Shown here piece by piece: positions 9,723 through 20,614 of a stretch of 64,000 nt of DNA. Source of the stretch: Alphaproteobacteria bacterium MarineAlpha12_Bin1 (GTDB lineage: Bacteria; Pseudomonadota; Alphaproteobacteria; UBA6615); the NCBI GenBank assembly GCA_002937505.1, contig PTJY01000006.1:54540-118539 (forward strand), given 5' to 3'. Below the pieces are notes generated by a model, which worked only from the letters and a program-made list of their open reading frames with translations, was not told where the DNA came from and made no database searches. The position numbers were made by a program, and so were the translations under genes. Position 1 is the stretch's first letter. Each line of letters begins with the position of its first letter.

Positions 9723-10918
9723 CTATTAATGATTCAATAAAACTACCACAAAGTGAAAATAAACTACGCACTGTTTCTATATTAGGATCCACTGGGTCAA
9801 TAGGTAGGAGTACAGTTGATCTATTAGCTAGTAACATGGATCAGTATAAAGTTGTTGCTCTGACTGCGCAAACGAACACCAAGCTTTTAGTTGAACAAGC
9901 ACGCATACTCGAACCAGAAATTGTCGCTATTGGTGATAGCAAGCAGGAGAATGAACTTAGGGCAGCTTTATCTGATACCTCAGTTGAAATTGTATCTGGT
10001 GAAAAATCAATCATAGAAGCAGCGGAAAGATCAGCAGATCTGGTTGTGTCGGCTATTGTTGGCTCAGCAGGCCTTCGACCAACTTTATCTGCAATTAGGC
10101 AAGGAAACATTGTTGCGCTGGCAAACAAAGAATGCCTGGTGTGTGCAGGAGACGTTGTGATGGATGAGGTAAAAAATTCACAGACTGTTCTTCTGCCAAT
10201 TGATTCGGAACATAACGCGATTTTCCAGATTTTATCAGAAAATAATTTTACTGAAGTAGAACGAGTTATACTTACTGCTTCGGGAGGGCCTTTCCTTGGT
10301 TGGACAGAGGATGAGATGGCAAATGCTACTCCTAATCAAGCAATGTCACATCCAAACTGGAATATGGGACAAAAAATTTCTATAGATTCCGCAACTCTGA
10401 TGAATAAAGGGCTAGAATTGATTGAAGCTGCATACCTTTTTCCTATATTCCACGAAAAGATAGATATAGTGATTCATCCACAGTCTGTCGTTCATTCAAT
10501 GGTTGCATATATCGATGGCTCGATATTATCCCACATGGGAACTCCTGATATGCGCACGCCTATATCCTACACCTTGGCGTGGCCAAATCGTATGACGGTT
10601 CCATCTGAAAGAATAGATTTTTCAAAACTAAGAGATTTGACATTTGAGGAACCAAATATAAACAAATTTCCTTCACTTAAGTTAGCAAGAGATGCTTTGT
10701 CGAGAGGGAATGGAAGCACTGCAATCTTGAATGCTGCTAATGAAATCGCTGTTGAGAACTTTATAAACAAAAGAATTGGCTTTCTTGATATTGCTTCTAT
10801 TGTTGATGCGACACTTACTAAAGTGACAGGGTATCCAATAAAGTCTCTAGAGGATTTCGAGGAATTGGACCGTGAATCAAGAGCAACGACGTTCAATCTT
10901 GTAGAATCTTGGAGTTAA
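9719..10918 (+). CDS. dxr: 1-deoxy-D-xylulose 5-phosphate reductoisomerase
   Basis: Motifs ILGSTGSIGRST, DSEHNAIFQ and NKGLELIEA. The GTG start overlaps the cdsA stop (GTGA). Confidence 0.95.
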   Translation: MTINDSIKLPQSENKLRTVSILGSTGSIGRSTVDLLASNMDQYKVVALTAQTNTKLLVEQARILEPEIVAIGDSKQENELRAALSDTSVEIVSGEKSIIEAAERSADLVVSAIVGSAGLRPTLSAIRQGNIVALANKECLVCAGDVVMDEVKNSQTVLLPIDSEHNAIFQILSENNFTEVERVILTASGGPFLGWTEDEMANATPNQAMSHPNWNMGQKISIDSATLMNKGLELIEAAYLFPIFHEKIDIVIHPQSVVHSMVAYIDGSILSHMGTPDMRTPISYTLAWPNRMTVPSERIDFSKLRDLTFEEPNINKFPSLKLARDALSRGNGSTAILNAANEIAVENFINKRIGFLDIASIVDATLTKVTGYPIKSLEDFEELDRESRATTFNLVESWS

Positions 10919-10971
10919 TCAGATGAGTAAATACTACTTAATTAATTTTATAATTGTTACGCGGTGTATAA

Positions 10972-12090
10972 ATGAGTGAAATAATTTTACCAATTGTTGG
11001 TTTATTGATTGTTTTAACTCCTCTGGTTTTTGTCCATGAGCTTGGCCATTATTGGGTGGCTAGAAAGAATGGAGTACGTGTAGAAGTTTTTTCTGTTGGT
11101 TTTGGAAAAGAGATTTTTGGTTGGACTGATAGAGTAGGGACCCGATGGAAGTTCAGTCTCATTCCACTAGGTGGCTATGTTAAAATGTTTGGGCAATCAG
11201 ATATTGGCTCAGAGGTTGATGAATCGGCTCTAAGTTTTGAAGAACAAAGGGTATCCTTCTCTCATAAAAAGCTGAGTCAAAGAGCTGCGATTGTAGCCGC
11301 AGGACCACTAGCTAATATTATTTTTGCAATATTAATACTCGCAATTTCATTTGCTACAATTGGTCAATCATTTACACCGGCTAAAATAACGGGAATTGTT
11401 CCTGGATCAGTTGCGGATAAATCTGGATTTAAGGAGAATGATCTTTTTGTTGAAGTAGCAGGCAGTAAGGTGAGCCGATTTGAGGAAGTGGCTCAGCTAG
11501 TGCAATTGCATCCTGGCATACCAATCAAAATTTCTATTGAAAGAGAAGGGGCAATACTAGAAATACCCATTACTCCTTCTGTTGTAATTGCGTCTGACGG
11601 TTTAGGTGATGAAATAAAAATTGGTCGTATAGGAGTTAGGGGGACAGCTCGAGAATTTATTAAGCACGGGCCGATAGAAGCTCTATGGCAGTCATTGAGG
11701 GCTACCGCTCACCTTTCAACAGTTATGATTACAGGTGTAGCTCAGATAATAAGTGGTGAGAGAAGCGCAAAGCAGCTCGGCGGGCCTATACGAATTGCTC
11801 AAATATCAGGTAAGGCTGCTGAATCAGGCATAGCATCTTTAATTTTCATAGCTGCTCTTCTGTCAGTCAATTTGGGATTAATAAACCTGCTGCCTATTCC
11901 TTTACTGGATGGTGGTCATCTGTTGTTTTACGCTTATGAATTTGTGTTTCGTGCCCCCCCACATCCTAAAGTTGTTGATGTTGGGTTGAAGATTGGCTTA
12001 GCGCTTGTGATTAGCCTCATGCTATTTGCAACGTACAATGATTTAGAAGGAATTTACAATAATCTGGTTAATGACTTGTTTGATAAGTGA
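10972..12090 (+). CDS. rseP: RIP zinc metalloprotease RseP
   Basis: HELGHY zinc motif in TM1, a PDZ region, and the C-terminal motif LLPIPLLDGGH. Confidence 0.94.
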   Translation: MSEIILPIVGLLIVLTPLVFVHELGHYWVARKNGVRVEVFSVGFGKEIFGWTDRVGTRWKFSLIPLGGYVKMFGQSDIGSEVDESALSFEEQRVSFSHKKLSQRAAIVAAGPLANIIFAILILAISFATIGQSFTPAKITGIVPGSVADKSGFKENDLFVEVAGSKVSRFEEVAQLVQLHPGIPIKISIEREGAILEIPITPSVVIASDGLGDEIKIGRIGVRGTAREFIKHGPIEALWQSLRATAHLSTVMITGVAQIISGERSAKQLGGPIRIAQISGKAAESGIASLIFIAALLSVNLGLINLLPIPLLDGGHLLFYAYEFVFRAPPHPKVVDVGLKIGLALVISLMLFATYNDLEGIYNNLVNDLFDK

Positions 12091-12136
12091 TAGTAACTTT
12101 ATATAAAAGACCAAAACCATAGGAAGGCGTCTAATT

Positions 12137-14443
12137 ATGAGGCTGGCAATGATGACACGGGTTACCGTGGCATTTGTATCTTTAGTAATTGCTTTTTCAG
12201 TGAACACTGGATTGCATAGTCCTATTGCTCTTTCCGAGCAAAGCCTAACAACTATCGAAAGTGTGCGTGTGGAAGGTGTCAAAAGAGTTGAACCAACCAC
12301 AATCATATCATATCTAAAATTAAAACTAGGGGATGATTATAATCCAAGACTTGTTGATGCATCTCTAAAAAGTCTTTTTAATACTGGATTGTTTGCTGAT
12401 GTGGTTATTAAAAAAGATGGGAATGCACTAATTGTACGGGTTGTTGAGAACCCAATTATTAATCGTATTTCATTTGAGGGTAATAAAAAACTTGAAGATG
12501 AGGTTCTAAAATCCGAAGTTAGTCTGCGACCAAGAGTGGTTTACACACGAACTAAAGTTCAAAATGATGTTAAACGGCTGCTTAATATTTATAGAAGGAC
12601 AGGTCGTTTTGGAGCTACAGTTGAACCTAATGTCATACAACTATCAGATAATAGAGTTGACTTAGTATTTGAGATCGTTGAAGGGCCTCTAAATGGAATT
12701 CGTGAGATTAACTTTATTGGAAATACAAAATACTCAGATTCCAAGTTAAGGGATATTATACGAACTCACGAGTCTGCGTTTTGGCGTATATTTTCTTCGG
12801 ATGACACCTATGATCCCGATAGAGTTTCCTATGACCGTGAATTATTGAGAAGGTTCTATCTATCTGAGGGATATGCTGACTTTACAGTAATTTCAGCAAT
12901 TGCTGAGTTAACTGATGACAGAAACGATTTTGTTATTACTTTTACAGTTGATGAAGGAGAAAAATACACCTTTGGTAATGTTGAGGTAGTTAACAGACTA
13001 TCCAATCTTTCGGCTGATGACCTAAAATCTCTTGTTGTTGGGTCAAAGGGGGAGACTTATGATGCTAATAATGTTGAGAAAACTATTCAATCCCTCACTA
13101 ATGACCTTGGTGCTAGAGGTTTTGCATTTGTGGACGTGAGGCCACGTGTTAAAAAGAATAGACAAGAAAAAACTCTTAACATTACTTATGAAATTAGTGA
13201 AGGGCCACGTGTTTATGTTGAACGCATAAATATAAGAGGAAATGTTCGGACTCTTGACAAGGTAATAAGGCGAGAATTCTCGGTTTTAGAAGGTGATGCA
13301 TTTAATACAGCCAAGTTAAGGGTTAGCCGACAGAGATTATATGATTTGGGCTTTTTCGAACGAGTTGATATTACCAATGAGCCTGGATCGTCTTCAGATA
13401 GAACCATCATTGATGTCTCAGTTGAAGAAAAATCGACTGGTGAACTCTCAATTGGTGCAGGTTTTTCTTCATCTGGGGGACCTCTTGGAGACATATCGGT
13501 TCGTGAAAGAAATCTGTTAGGTCGTGGTCAAGACCTCCGACTAAGTTTGAACGTCGGGGCTGAGCAACAAAGGGTTGATCTTAGTTTTACTGAGCCTTAT
13601 TTTTTAGAACGAGATGTTGCTGCTGGTTTTAATCTGTTTGTTAGAACAGCTGACTTATCTAGCCAGAGTTCCTTCGAAGAGGATCAACAGGGATTTGGTT
13701 TACGTATGAGTTATAATCTTGAACCAAAGTTAAGACATACTGTTAGATACTCTCTGGCGCGACAGAATATAGATAATGTTCCATTGTTGGCGTCTGATGT
13801 TGTTAAATCACAGGCGGGAAGTCATGTTACTTCAAGTATTTTGAATGAATTTCGTCTAGACCACTTGAATAGACGATTTAATCCATCTGATGGTTACTTT
13901 GGTTCTTATAGTGTTGAAGTTGCTGGTATAGGCGGCTCTGCAAAATTCTTAAGAAACAAGTTTGAAGGTGGTGTTTATTCATCGTTGTTTGGGACTTCAG
14001 CTGTCGTAAGTCTAACAGGTGAGATGGGTCACGTGATGACCTTTAATAATGATCAAGTTCGACTCACAAAACGATTCTTTTTAGGGGGATCTTCTTTAAG
14101 GGGGTTTGATAATGCTGGAGTTGGCCCAAGAGATTTAATTACAAAAGATGCCATTGGTGGACAACAGTATTACTCAGGTAGTGCTGAAATATCTTTTCCG
14201 CTAGGGCTTCCTGATGAATTTGATTTTCAAGGTAGTCTGTTTAGCGATTTTGGTTCAGCCTGGGGGGTGGATGACCCATTTTCTAATCTAATAGATGATG
14301 CCTCTCCTCGTGCTTCCGTAGGGATTGGACTCGGGTGGCGTTCTCCTATGGGTCCGTTAAGGTTTGATTTTGCTTCAGCTTTTCTGAAAAAGGATTATGA
14401 TAAAACTGAAACTTTTAGTTTTAACTTTGGAACTCGTTTCTAA
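12137..14443 (+). CDS. bamA: outer membrane protein assembly factor BamA
   Basis: Signal peptide, POTRA repeats, an Omp85 barrel and a terminal aromatic residue (FNFGTRF). Fits the rseP-bamA-skp-lpxD synteny. Confidence 0.95.
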   Translation: MRLAMMTRVTVAFVSLVIAFSVNTGLHSPIALSEQSLTTIESVRVEGVKRVEPTTIISYLKLKLGDDYNPRLVDASLKSLFNTGLFADVVIKKDGNALIVRVVENPIINRISFEGNKKLEDEVLKSEVSLRPRVVYTRTKVQNDVKRLLNIYRRTGRFGATVEPNVIQLSDNRVDLVFEIVEGPLNGIREINFIGNTKYSDSKLRDIIRTHESAFWRIFSSDDTYDPDRVSYDRELLRRFYLSEGYADFTVISAIAELTDDRNDFVITFTVDEGEKYTFGNVEVVNRLSNLSADDLKSLVVGSKGETYDANNVEKTIQSLTNDLGARGFAFVDVRPRVKKNRQEKTLNITYEISEGPRVYVERINIRGNVRTLDKVIRREFSVLEGDAFNTAKLRVSRQRLYDLGFFERVDITNEPGSSSDRTIIDVSVEEKSTGELSIGAGFSSSGGPLGDISVRERNLLGRGQDLRLSLNVGAEQQRVDLSFTEPYFLERDVAAGFNLFVRTADLSSQSSFEEDQQGFGLRMSYNLEPKLRHTVRYSLARQNIDNVPLLASDVVKSQAGSHVTSSILNEFRLDHLNRRFNPSDGYFGSYSVEVAGIGGSAKFLRNKFEGGVYSSLFGTSAVVSLTGEMGHVMTFNNDQVRLTKRFFLGGSSLRGFDNAGVGPRDLITKDAIGGQQYYSGSAEISFPLGLPDEFDFQGSLFSDFGSAWGVDDPFSNLIDDASPRASVGIGLGWRSPMGPLRFDFASAFLKKDYDKTETFSFNFGTRF

Positions 14444-14461
14444 CATGCGCGGTGTAAAATA

Positions 14462-15046
14462 ATGAAGCGTCACTTAATAACTTATATAAGTCTATTTAGC
14501 CTAATGTTTATATTGCAAAGCGTAGAGCTTAATGCACAGAGCAAGTTTAGGGCCCCAGCAGCAAAAATTGCCATTGTTGATGTGCAAGCTATACTAAGGG
14601 ATGCTCTTTCCGCGAAGTCTGCTCGTAGCCAAATGGATGTGATTGCAAGACAAGAGCAGAAGGTTATAGATGAAGAAGAGAAAAAGTTAAGAAAAAGAGA
14701 CCAGGATCTACAGCAGCAAAGGTCTATATTATCTTCAGAGGTCTTTTCTAAAAAGCAACAGAAACTACAAATTGATATTAGAAACTTACAAAGAAGGTCT
14801 AGAAATCTAAGTCAGAGTCTTGATAAAGGCTTTAGAAGCTCAATGAATCAAATACAGATGATTCTTTTTGATGAATTAAGGAAGCTTTCTTCTGAAATTG
14901 ATGTTAATCTTATCATTCCGAGGTCTCAAATTGTTATTGCAGTAGATGGTTTTGAAATAACCGAATTAGCTTTAAAGAGATTAAATAAAAGATTGCCATC
15001 TATTGACCTTAAACTAGAAAAAACTAAACCTACTTCTGGTAAATGA
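14462..15046 (+). CDS. OmpH/Skp family periplasmic chaperone
   Basis: Signal peptide plus a long Q/K/R-rich coiled-coil. Occupies the conserved position between bamA and lpxD. Confidence 0.85.
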   Translation: MKRHLITYISLFSLMFILQSVELNAQSKFRAPAAKIAIVDVQAILRDALSAKSARSQMDVIARQEQKVIDEEEKKLRKRDQDLQQQRSILSSEVFSKKQQKLQIDIRNLQRRSRNLSQSLDKGFRSSMNQIQMILFDELRKLSSEIDVNLIIPRSQIVIAVDGFEITELALKRLNKRLPSIDLKLEKTKPTSGK

Positions 15047-15061
15047 TTAAATCAGTGTGCA

Positions 15062-16087
15062 ATGGCTGACGAAAGATTTTTTAATAAACGTGGACCCTTC
15101 ACCCTAAGAGAGCTTGCAGAGATCGGTGAGTCCAAGCTTCATTCTAATAGTGATCCAGATGCAATGATTCATGATGTGGCACCTCTTGATAAAGCCACTT
15201 CTGCTGATATAAGTTTTTTAGATAATCCAAAGTATATAGATGCTTTTATAAATACTCGAGCGAAAGCGTGCATAGTATTGTCCAAAATGATTAGTCAAGC
15301 ACCTAAGGGAATGAGTTTACTGTTAAGCTCCAAGCCATACAGGTCGTACGCTAGAATTGCCAATAAATTTTACCCAGACAAGTATATTGAAACAACAGAT
15401 CATCATGGTACGGCTGTGATATCTAAGACTGCTAAAATCGGGACGCCTTCTTTCATTGGAGCAAATGCCGTGATTTCGGATGGAGTAGAGATCGGTGATT
15501 TGTCTAGTATTGGTTCAGGGGCTTCTATAGGTACCATGGTTAATATAGGAAAGGGGACCCATGTTGGAGAAAATGCATCATTATCTCACTGTATTATTGG
15601 TAATAATTGTAATATTCACCCAGGAGTTAGGATAGGACAAAGGGGATTTGGTTTTGATATGTCCCCCGATGGGCATCTTGATGTTGCTCAATTGGGTACA
15701 GTTATTGTAGGCGATAATGTAGAAATTGGGGCTAATTCTTGTATTGATAGAGGGTCTGGCCCTAATACGGTCATAGGAGATGGTTGTAAGATAGATAATT
15801 TAGTTCAGATTGGTCACAATGTTCAAATAGGTCCCGGTTGCGTAGTAGTCGCTCAGGCCGGTATAGCTGGTAGTGCATCATTGGAAAAATATGTTGTTTT
15901 AGGGGGGCAATCGGGAGTAGCTGGTCATATACGTATTGCTGAAGGCACACAACTAGCAGGACGAAGTGGGATTATGCGGAACACAAACTCAGGTGATAGA
16001 TTAGCAGGAAACCCCGCCGTACCAATAAGGGAATTCTTTCGTCAGATTTCTCTTTTATCAAAGTTAAGTAAAGATAAAAAATTATAA
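15062..16087 (+). CDS. lpxD: UDP-3-O-acylglucosamine N-acyltransferase
   Basis: N-terminal LpxD domain followed by hexapeptide repeats ([16 protein letters not shown]). Fits lpx cluster synteny. Confidence 0.94.
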   Translation: MADERFFNKRGPFTLRELAEIGESKLHSNSDPDAMIHDVAPLDKATSADISFLDNPKYIDAFINTRAKACIVLSKMISQAPKGMSLLLSSKPYRSYARIANKFYPDKYIETTDHHGTAVISKTAKIGTPSFIGANAVISDGVEIGDLSSIGSGASIGTMVNIGKGTHVGENASLSHCIIGNNCNIHPGVRIGQRGFGFDMSPDGHLDVAQLGTVIVGDNVEIGANSCIDRGSGPNTVIGDGCKIDNLVQIGHNVQIGPGCVVVAQAGIAGSASLEKYVVLGGQSGVAGHIRIAEGTQLAGRSGIMRNTNSGDRLAGNPAVPIREFFRQISLLSKLSKDKKL

Positions 16088-16129
16088 AGATACGGTTTAA
16101 CGACTTAGATAGTAATTTGGATTTTTTAG

Positions 16130-16612
16130 ATGATTACTGATTTAGATAAAACGACCGAAATAAATGAGTCTCAAAAGTCACTGAGCATTCAAGAAATAAT
16201 GGAATTAATTCCACATAGACCTCCATTTTTATTGATTGACGCAGTAATAAATATAATTCCACACGAGAGTGCAGTGGGAGTTAGAAATATTGCGATAGAT
16301 GAACCAGTTTTTACTGGTCATTTTCCTAAAAGGCCTGTTTATCCTGGAGTTCTAATTATTGAATCCATGGCTCAGACAGCTGCTGTCTTAGTTGTTGAAT
16401 CTCTGGGGGATGGGGCAAAAGGAAAATTGGTTTATTTCATGACAATTGATAATGCTCGATTTCGTAAGCCAGTTATGCCTGGTGACAAGTTATTACTAGA
16501 TGTAAGAGTTCAAAGAAGCCGAGGCCCTGTTTGGAAATTTACCGGAGAAGCAAAGGTGAATAGTCAAGTGGTCGCAGAAGCAACTTATTCAGCAATGATT
16601 ATGGATGATTAA
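16130..16612 (+). CDS. fabZ: 3-hydroxyacyl-ACP dehydratase FabZ
   Basis: Motifs LIPHRPPFLLID, FTGHFP and PGVLIIESMAQ. Confidence 0.95.
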   Translation: MITDLDKTTEINESQKSLSIQEIMELIPHRPPFLLIDAVINIIPHESAVGVRNIAIDEPVFTGHFPKRPVYPGVLIIESMAQTAAVLVVESLGDGAKGKLVYFMTIDNARFRKPVMPGDKLLLDVRVQRSRGPVWKFTGEAKVNSQVVAEATYSAMIMDD

Positions 16613-17413
16613 ATGATCGATGTGCATCCCACTGCAGTAGTTTCGTCTCAGTCAAATATTGGTAACGACGTTAAAATTGGGCCCTATTGTGTTATCGGAC
16701 CTGATGTAGTTATTGGAGACAGGGTATTTCTTCACTCACATGTCGTCATTGATGGTCAAACAGTTATCGGAGAAGGGACGAATATTTATCCTTTTGCATC
16801 TATTGGACTTGTTCCCCAGGATTTAAAGTACAAGGGAGAATCTTCATCGTTAATAATAGGCGCCAGAAACCAAATCCGAGAACACGTAACAATGAATCCT
16901 GGTACAGAAGGTGGCGGGATGAAAACTGTGATTGGCGATGATTGTCTGTTTATGATTGGCTCACATGTGGCTCATGATTGTATAATAGGTAATCATGTCA
17001 TTTTAGCGAATAATGCGACTTTAGGTGGTCATGTCGAAGTAGGAGACTTTGCTATTATTGGAGGTCTATCTGGAATACATCAGTTTGTACGCATTGGAGC
17101 GCACGCTATGGTTGGGGGCATGTCAGGTGTTGAACAAGATTTGATACCTTATGGTTCTGCTATGGGCGAAAGAGCAAAGTTACGAGGTTTAAATCTGATA
17201 GGCCTACAACGACGAAACTTTTCTAGAGAAGATATAAATATCTTAAGGACTGCCTACCGTCTAATGTTTGCACAAGAAGGAACTCTTTCTGAAAGAATTG
17301 AGGATGTAATAGCTCTTTATGGTGATAACAGTGGAGTTATGGAGATCGTTGAATTTGTTAGAACAGAGACTTCTCGGGCTGTATTACAACCAAAAACATC
17401 TAATGGCGGTTAA
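16613..17413 (+). CDS. lpxA: acyl-ACP--UDP-N-acetylglucosamine O-acyltransferase
   Basis: Hexapeptide-repeat beta-helix plus an LpxA C-terminal helical domain. The start abuts the fabZ stop. Confidence 0.95.
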   Translation: MIDVHPTAVVSSQSNIGNDVKIGPYCVIGPDVVIGDRVFLHSHVVIDGQTVIGEGTNIYPFASIGLVPQDLKYKGESSSLIIGARNQIREHVTMNPGTEGGGMKTVIGDDCLFMIGSHVAHDCIIGNHVILANNATLGGHVEVGDFAIIGGLSGIHQFVRIGAHAMVGGMSGVEQDLIPYGSAMGERAKLRGLNLIGLQRRNFSREDINILRTAYRLMFAQEGTLSERIEDVIALYGDNSGVMEIVEFVRTETSRAVLQPKTSNGG

Positions 17414-18248
17414 ACTTGGCATATTAGCGGGTGGGGGTTCGTTGCCAGCAAAATTGATTGATTTTTGCAAACAGACGGGTCGTGATTATTTTGTTATTGC
17501 ATTTGAACAGCAAGCGGATCCTGAAATGATAGGTGATGCACCTCATTCTTGGGTAAGGTTGGGCGCTGCAGGAGAGGCTCTAAAAGTATTAAGAGAGGAA
17601 AGTTGCAAAGAGTTAGTATTAGCTGGCCCTATAAAGCGCCCTAGTCTTTCGGATTTGAGACCTGATAGAAGAGCTGCAAAATTCATTTCTAAAGGCTTTT
17701 TCTCTAAAGGTGATGATGGGCTTTTGAGTGGCATTATAAAGTCTTTAGAGGAAGAGGAAGGTTTCAAGGTGATAGGTGTAGATTCAATTTTGGGGGAACT
17801 AATTGCTGGACACGGTAATCTTGGTGTTCATTTTCCTAATAATACTGATGAGCTAGATATAATCCGTGGCGTTGAAGTACTTTATACAATTGGATTATTA
17901 GACATTGGACAGTCTGTTGTTATTTCACAGGAAGTAGTTTTAGCTGTTGAGGCTGCAGAGGGTACCGAGGAAATGCTGATAAGGTGTAAATCTGTTCCTA
18001 GTGGTGGGAATGGAGGAGTGCTTATTAAACTGCCTAAACCTAGACAAGAGAAGAGAGTTGATATGCCAGCAATCGGTCCTAGGACAGTAATTAAAGCAAA
18101 AGATTCTGGTTTATCCGGGATTGCTGTCGCAGCAAACTTAACTCTGATAATAGAGCCCCAAAAAACGATTCAATTGGCTAATAAGGAAGGGATTTTTATA
18201 GTGGGTTTAAATCCGAATGATTATAAAGCTGACTACATGATTGATTGA
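17403..18248 (+). CDS. lpxI: UDP-2,3-diacylglucosamine pyrophosphatase LpxI (DUF1009 family)
   Basis: N-terminus MAVKLGILAGGGSLP, and the position between lpxA and lpxB typical of Alphaproteobacteria. ATG 17403 overlaps the lpxA end by 11 nt. The ORF-track start 17319 is rejected. Confidence 0.88.
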   Translation: MAVKLGILAGGGSLPAKLIDFCKQTGRDYFVIAFEQQADPEMIGDAPHSWVRLGAAGEALKVLREESCKELVLAGPIKRPSLSDLRPDRRAAKFISKGFFSKGDDGLLSGIIKSLEEEEGFKVIGVDSILGELIAGHGNLGVHFPNNTDELDIIRGVEVLYTIGLLDIGQSVVISQEVVLAVEAAEGTEEMLIRCKSVPSGGNGGVLIKLPKPRQEKRVDMPAIGPRTVIKAKDSGLSGIAVAANLTLIIEPQKTIQLANKEGIFIVGLNPNDYKADYMID

Positions 18249-18264
18249 TAGTTAATAATTAATT

Positions 18265-19431
18265 ATGACTGAGACGCTACAAAGAATTCATGTTTTTATG
18301 ATTGCGGGTGAACCCTCCGGTGATGCACTTGGATCATATTTAATCAAAGAATTAAAAAATATAAATAAAGCAGAGATTTATTTTAGTGGGGTTGGAGGGC
18401 CTTTAATGGCTAGTGCTGGCTTTACAAGCCTTTTCGACTACCGACAGTTAGCCGTAATGGGCTTTGCTGAAGTTTTACCTAGTTTACCACGTCTCTTAAT
18501 GAGAATTAACGAAGTTTCTAAGGAAATTGATAAAGTTTGTCCAGATATCATAGTGACAATAGACTCCCCGAGTTTTGGTTTAAGAGTTTTGAAGCGACTA
18601 AAACGTCATTCTCAGCCAAGGATTCATTATGTTGCACCACAATTTTGGGCATGGCGTCCTAATAGAATTCATAAGTTTAAATTATACGTAGATCACGTAT
18701 TAGCATTATTTCCATTCGAGCCTGATTTTTTCAAACAATTTGATATGCCATGTAGTTTTGTAAGTCATCCGGCTATAGAGACTAGGTCAGACGGCAATGC
18801 GGGAGAATATTTCCGTAAGAGGTTTTCCATTAACTCCAACAGTACCGTGTTATGTGCTTTACCGGGAAGCCGTGTCTCTGAAGTAAAGAGATTACTGCCT
18901 ATTATAATAAAAGTTGTTGAAAGACTTGCGCTTAATCATACTGATTTACACGTTGTAATTCCTACGGTTTCAACAGTTAATAGCCTTATAAAAAAGACTA
19001 AAATAAGTGGTGTTCCTGTTACTATAATTGAAAATCCAAAAGATAAATTTGCTGCATACTCAGCTAGTGATATAGCAATTACAGCATCTGGTACCGCAAG
19101 CCTTGAACTTGCTTGTGCCTTAGTACCTGCGGTTGTTATTTATAAGGTGTCCTGGTTAACGGGTTTGTTTGCTCGATTGTTGTTAAACGTTAAGCATGTT
19201 TCTATTGTAAACTTGATAGCTCAAAAAGAAGTTTTCCCTGAATTTATTCAAGAAAACTGTAATGAGACAAAGATTTATAATGAAGTCAATCGATTGATTA
19301 CTGATAGTAATCTAAGACATAAAATTATAACTGAAGAAAGTAGTGTTATTAAGAAACTCCAAACAGTCGAATCTAGCCCAAGTAGAAAGGCAGCTTTGGA
19401 AGTGATGCGCATTAAACAAGAATTTAAGTAA
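18265..19431 (+). CDS. lpxB: lipid-A-disaccharide synthase
   Basis: N-terminal IAGEPSGD motif, GT19-like sequence and lpx cluster synteny. Confidence 0.94.
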   Translation: MTETLQRIHVFMIAGEPSGDALGSYLIKELKNINKAEIYFSGVGGPLMASAGFTSLFDYRQLAVMGFAEVLPSLPRLLMRINEVSKEIDKVCPDIIVTIDSPSFGLRVLKRLKRHSQPRIHYVAPQFWAWRPNRIHKFKLYVDHVLALFPFEPDFFKQFDMPCSFVSHPAIETRSDGNAGEYFRKRFSINSNSTVLCALPGSRVSEVKRLLPIIIKVVERLALNHTDLHVVIPTVSTVNSLIKKTKISGVPVTIIENPKDKFAAYSASDIAITASGTASLELACALVPAVVIYKVSWLTGLFARLLLNVKHVSIVNLIAQKEVFPEFIQENCNETKIYNEVNRLITDSNLRHKIITEESSVIKKLQTVESSPSRKAALEVMRIKQEFK

Positions 19432-19486
19432 TTAGTCTTTTGTTGCTAGATGGGGATTCAACTGTTGTTAGAAAAAATGAATATTC

Positions 19487-19915
19487 ATGGATGATGATAA
19501 AATAAATAAGTTGAAAAATAGGAATCGTTTACTTCACACTATGATACGTGTCCAAGATTTGTCTCGTTCTATTGATTTTTATACCCGTATTCTTGGAATG
19601 AAGGTTATCCGAAGTAAAGACTATAAAGAAGGTAAATTTACCAATGTTTTTATCGGTTATGGTGATGAAACAAAAGACACCATAATTGAGTTAACCTATA
19701 ATTGGGATCAAAAGAACCTGTATACCCACGGCACAGGATTTGGTCATATTGCTGTTGGAGTCCCTGATATTTATAAAATTTGCGAAGAAATGGAGTTAGA
19801 AGGAGTTACTATAACACGACCTCCTGGTCCCATGAAACATGGTTCAACAGTTATTGCATTTTTGGAGGACCCTGATGGATATAAGATTGAATTGATTGAA
19901 TTGAATGAAAAGTAA
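19487..19915 (+). CDS. gloA: lactoylglutathione lyase (glyoxalase I)
   Basis: VOC-fold motifs LLHTMIRVQDL, GFGHIAVGV and IAFLEDPDGYKIELIE. The start could be a few codons downstream. Confidence 0.88.
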   Translation: MDDDKINKLKNRNRLLHTMIRVQDLSRSIDFYTRILGMKVIRSKDYKEGKFTNVFIGYGDETKDTIIELTYNWDQKNLYTHGTGFGHIAVGVPDIYKICEEMELEGVTITRPPGPMKHGSTVIAFLEDPDGYKIELIELNEK

Positions 19916-20414
19916 AATGACTAAAAATATTGATAACAAGATTCTTTTAACAGACACACTTTCTATTGAACCTGATAGTTCATCGCTTTATCCAAAACCG
20001 TTTGATCAGATTGTTAAGGGAAGGCATCGCCATAGAGTGTCTAATGTAGTTGGGTTAACAAAGTTTGGCGTTAACGTGGTTCGTTTAGAGTCGGGTGCGT
20101 TTTCGTCAGCACGTCACTGGCATACAAAACAAGATGAGTTTATATACGTACTGGCTGGTACTCTTACCCTTGTTAGTGATGAAGGCCATACAGAAATTTC
20201 AGAAGGGACGTCTGTTGGATTTCCTGCAGGAGTGTCAAATGGACATCAGATTGCGAATTTTTCAAAATCAGATGCTTGGTATATTGAAGTAGGTGACAGG
20301 CCAAGCAATGAAATAGTTACGTATCCTGACATAGACATGTTGAATACTGTAGATAATGGAAAGCCTTTTTTTACCCATAAAGATGGTCGTGCCTTTAGTG
20401 AAGAATCAAATTAA
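19905..20414 (+). CDS. cupin-domain protein (COG3837-like, function unknown)
   Basis: Cupin core ARHWHTKQDEFIYVLAGTLTL...GFPAGVSNGHQIAN. ATG 19905 overlaps the gloA end; alternative ATG 19917. Confidence 0.8.
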   Translation: MKSKMTKNIDNKILLTDTLSIEPDSSSLYPKPFDQIVKGRHRHRVSNVVGLTKFGVNVVRLESGAFSSARHWHTKQDEFIYVLAGTLTLVSDEGHTEISEGTSVGFPAGVSNGHQIANFSKSDAWYIEVGDRPSNEIVTYPDIDMLNTVDNGKPFFTHKDGRAFSEESN

Positions 20415-20614
20415 AGAACCTGTAAAAACCATAAAGTCAGGCCTACGATAAATAAACAAAGCGCACATATCAGTGTTCGCTGGATCCGTTTCTCTGGCGG
20501 GCAAATATTTTCATTCGATCCTCTTATGAGAGGGGACCAACGATCAGATAAAGAGATCTGTTTAAAGTTTAGAGTTTTATTTTCTAACTCTTTGTTCATA
20601 CAATTTATCTTCAT
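20411..20614 (-). CDS. hypothetical small protein with C-terminal hydrophobic helix (doubtful)
   Basis: 67-aa ORF starting 16 nt downstream of the gltA stop. The C-terminus LICALCLFIVGLTLWFLQVL looks transmembrane. No homology recognised. Confidence 0.25.
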   Translation of the reverse strand: MKINCMNKELENKTLNFKQISLSDRWSPLIRGSNENICPPEKRIQRTLICALCLFIVGLTLWFLQVL

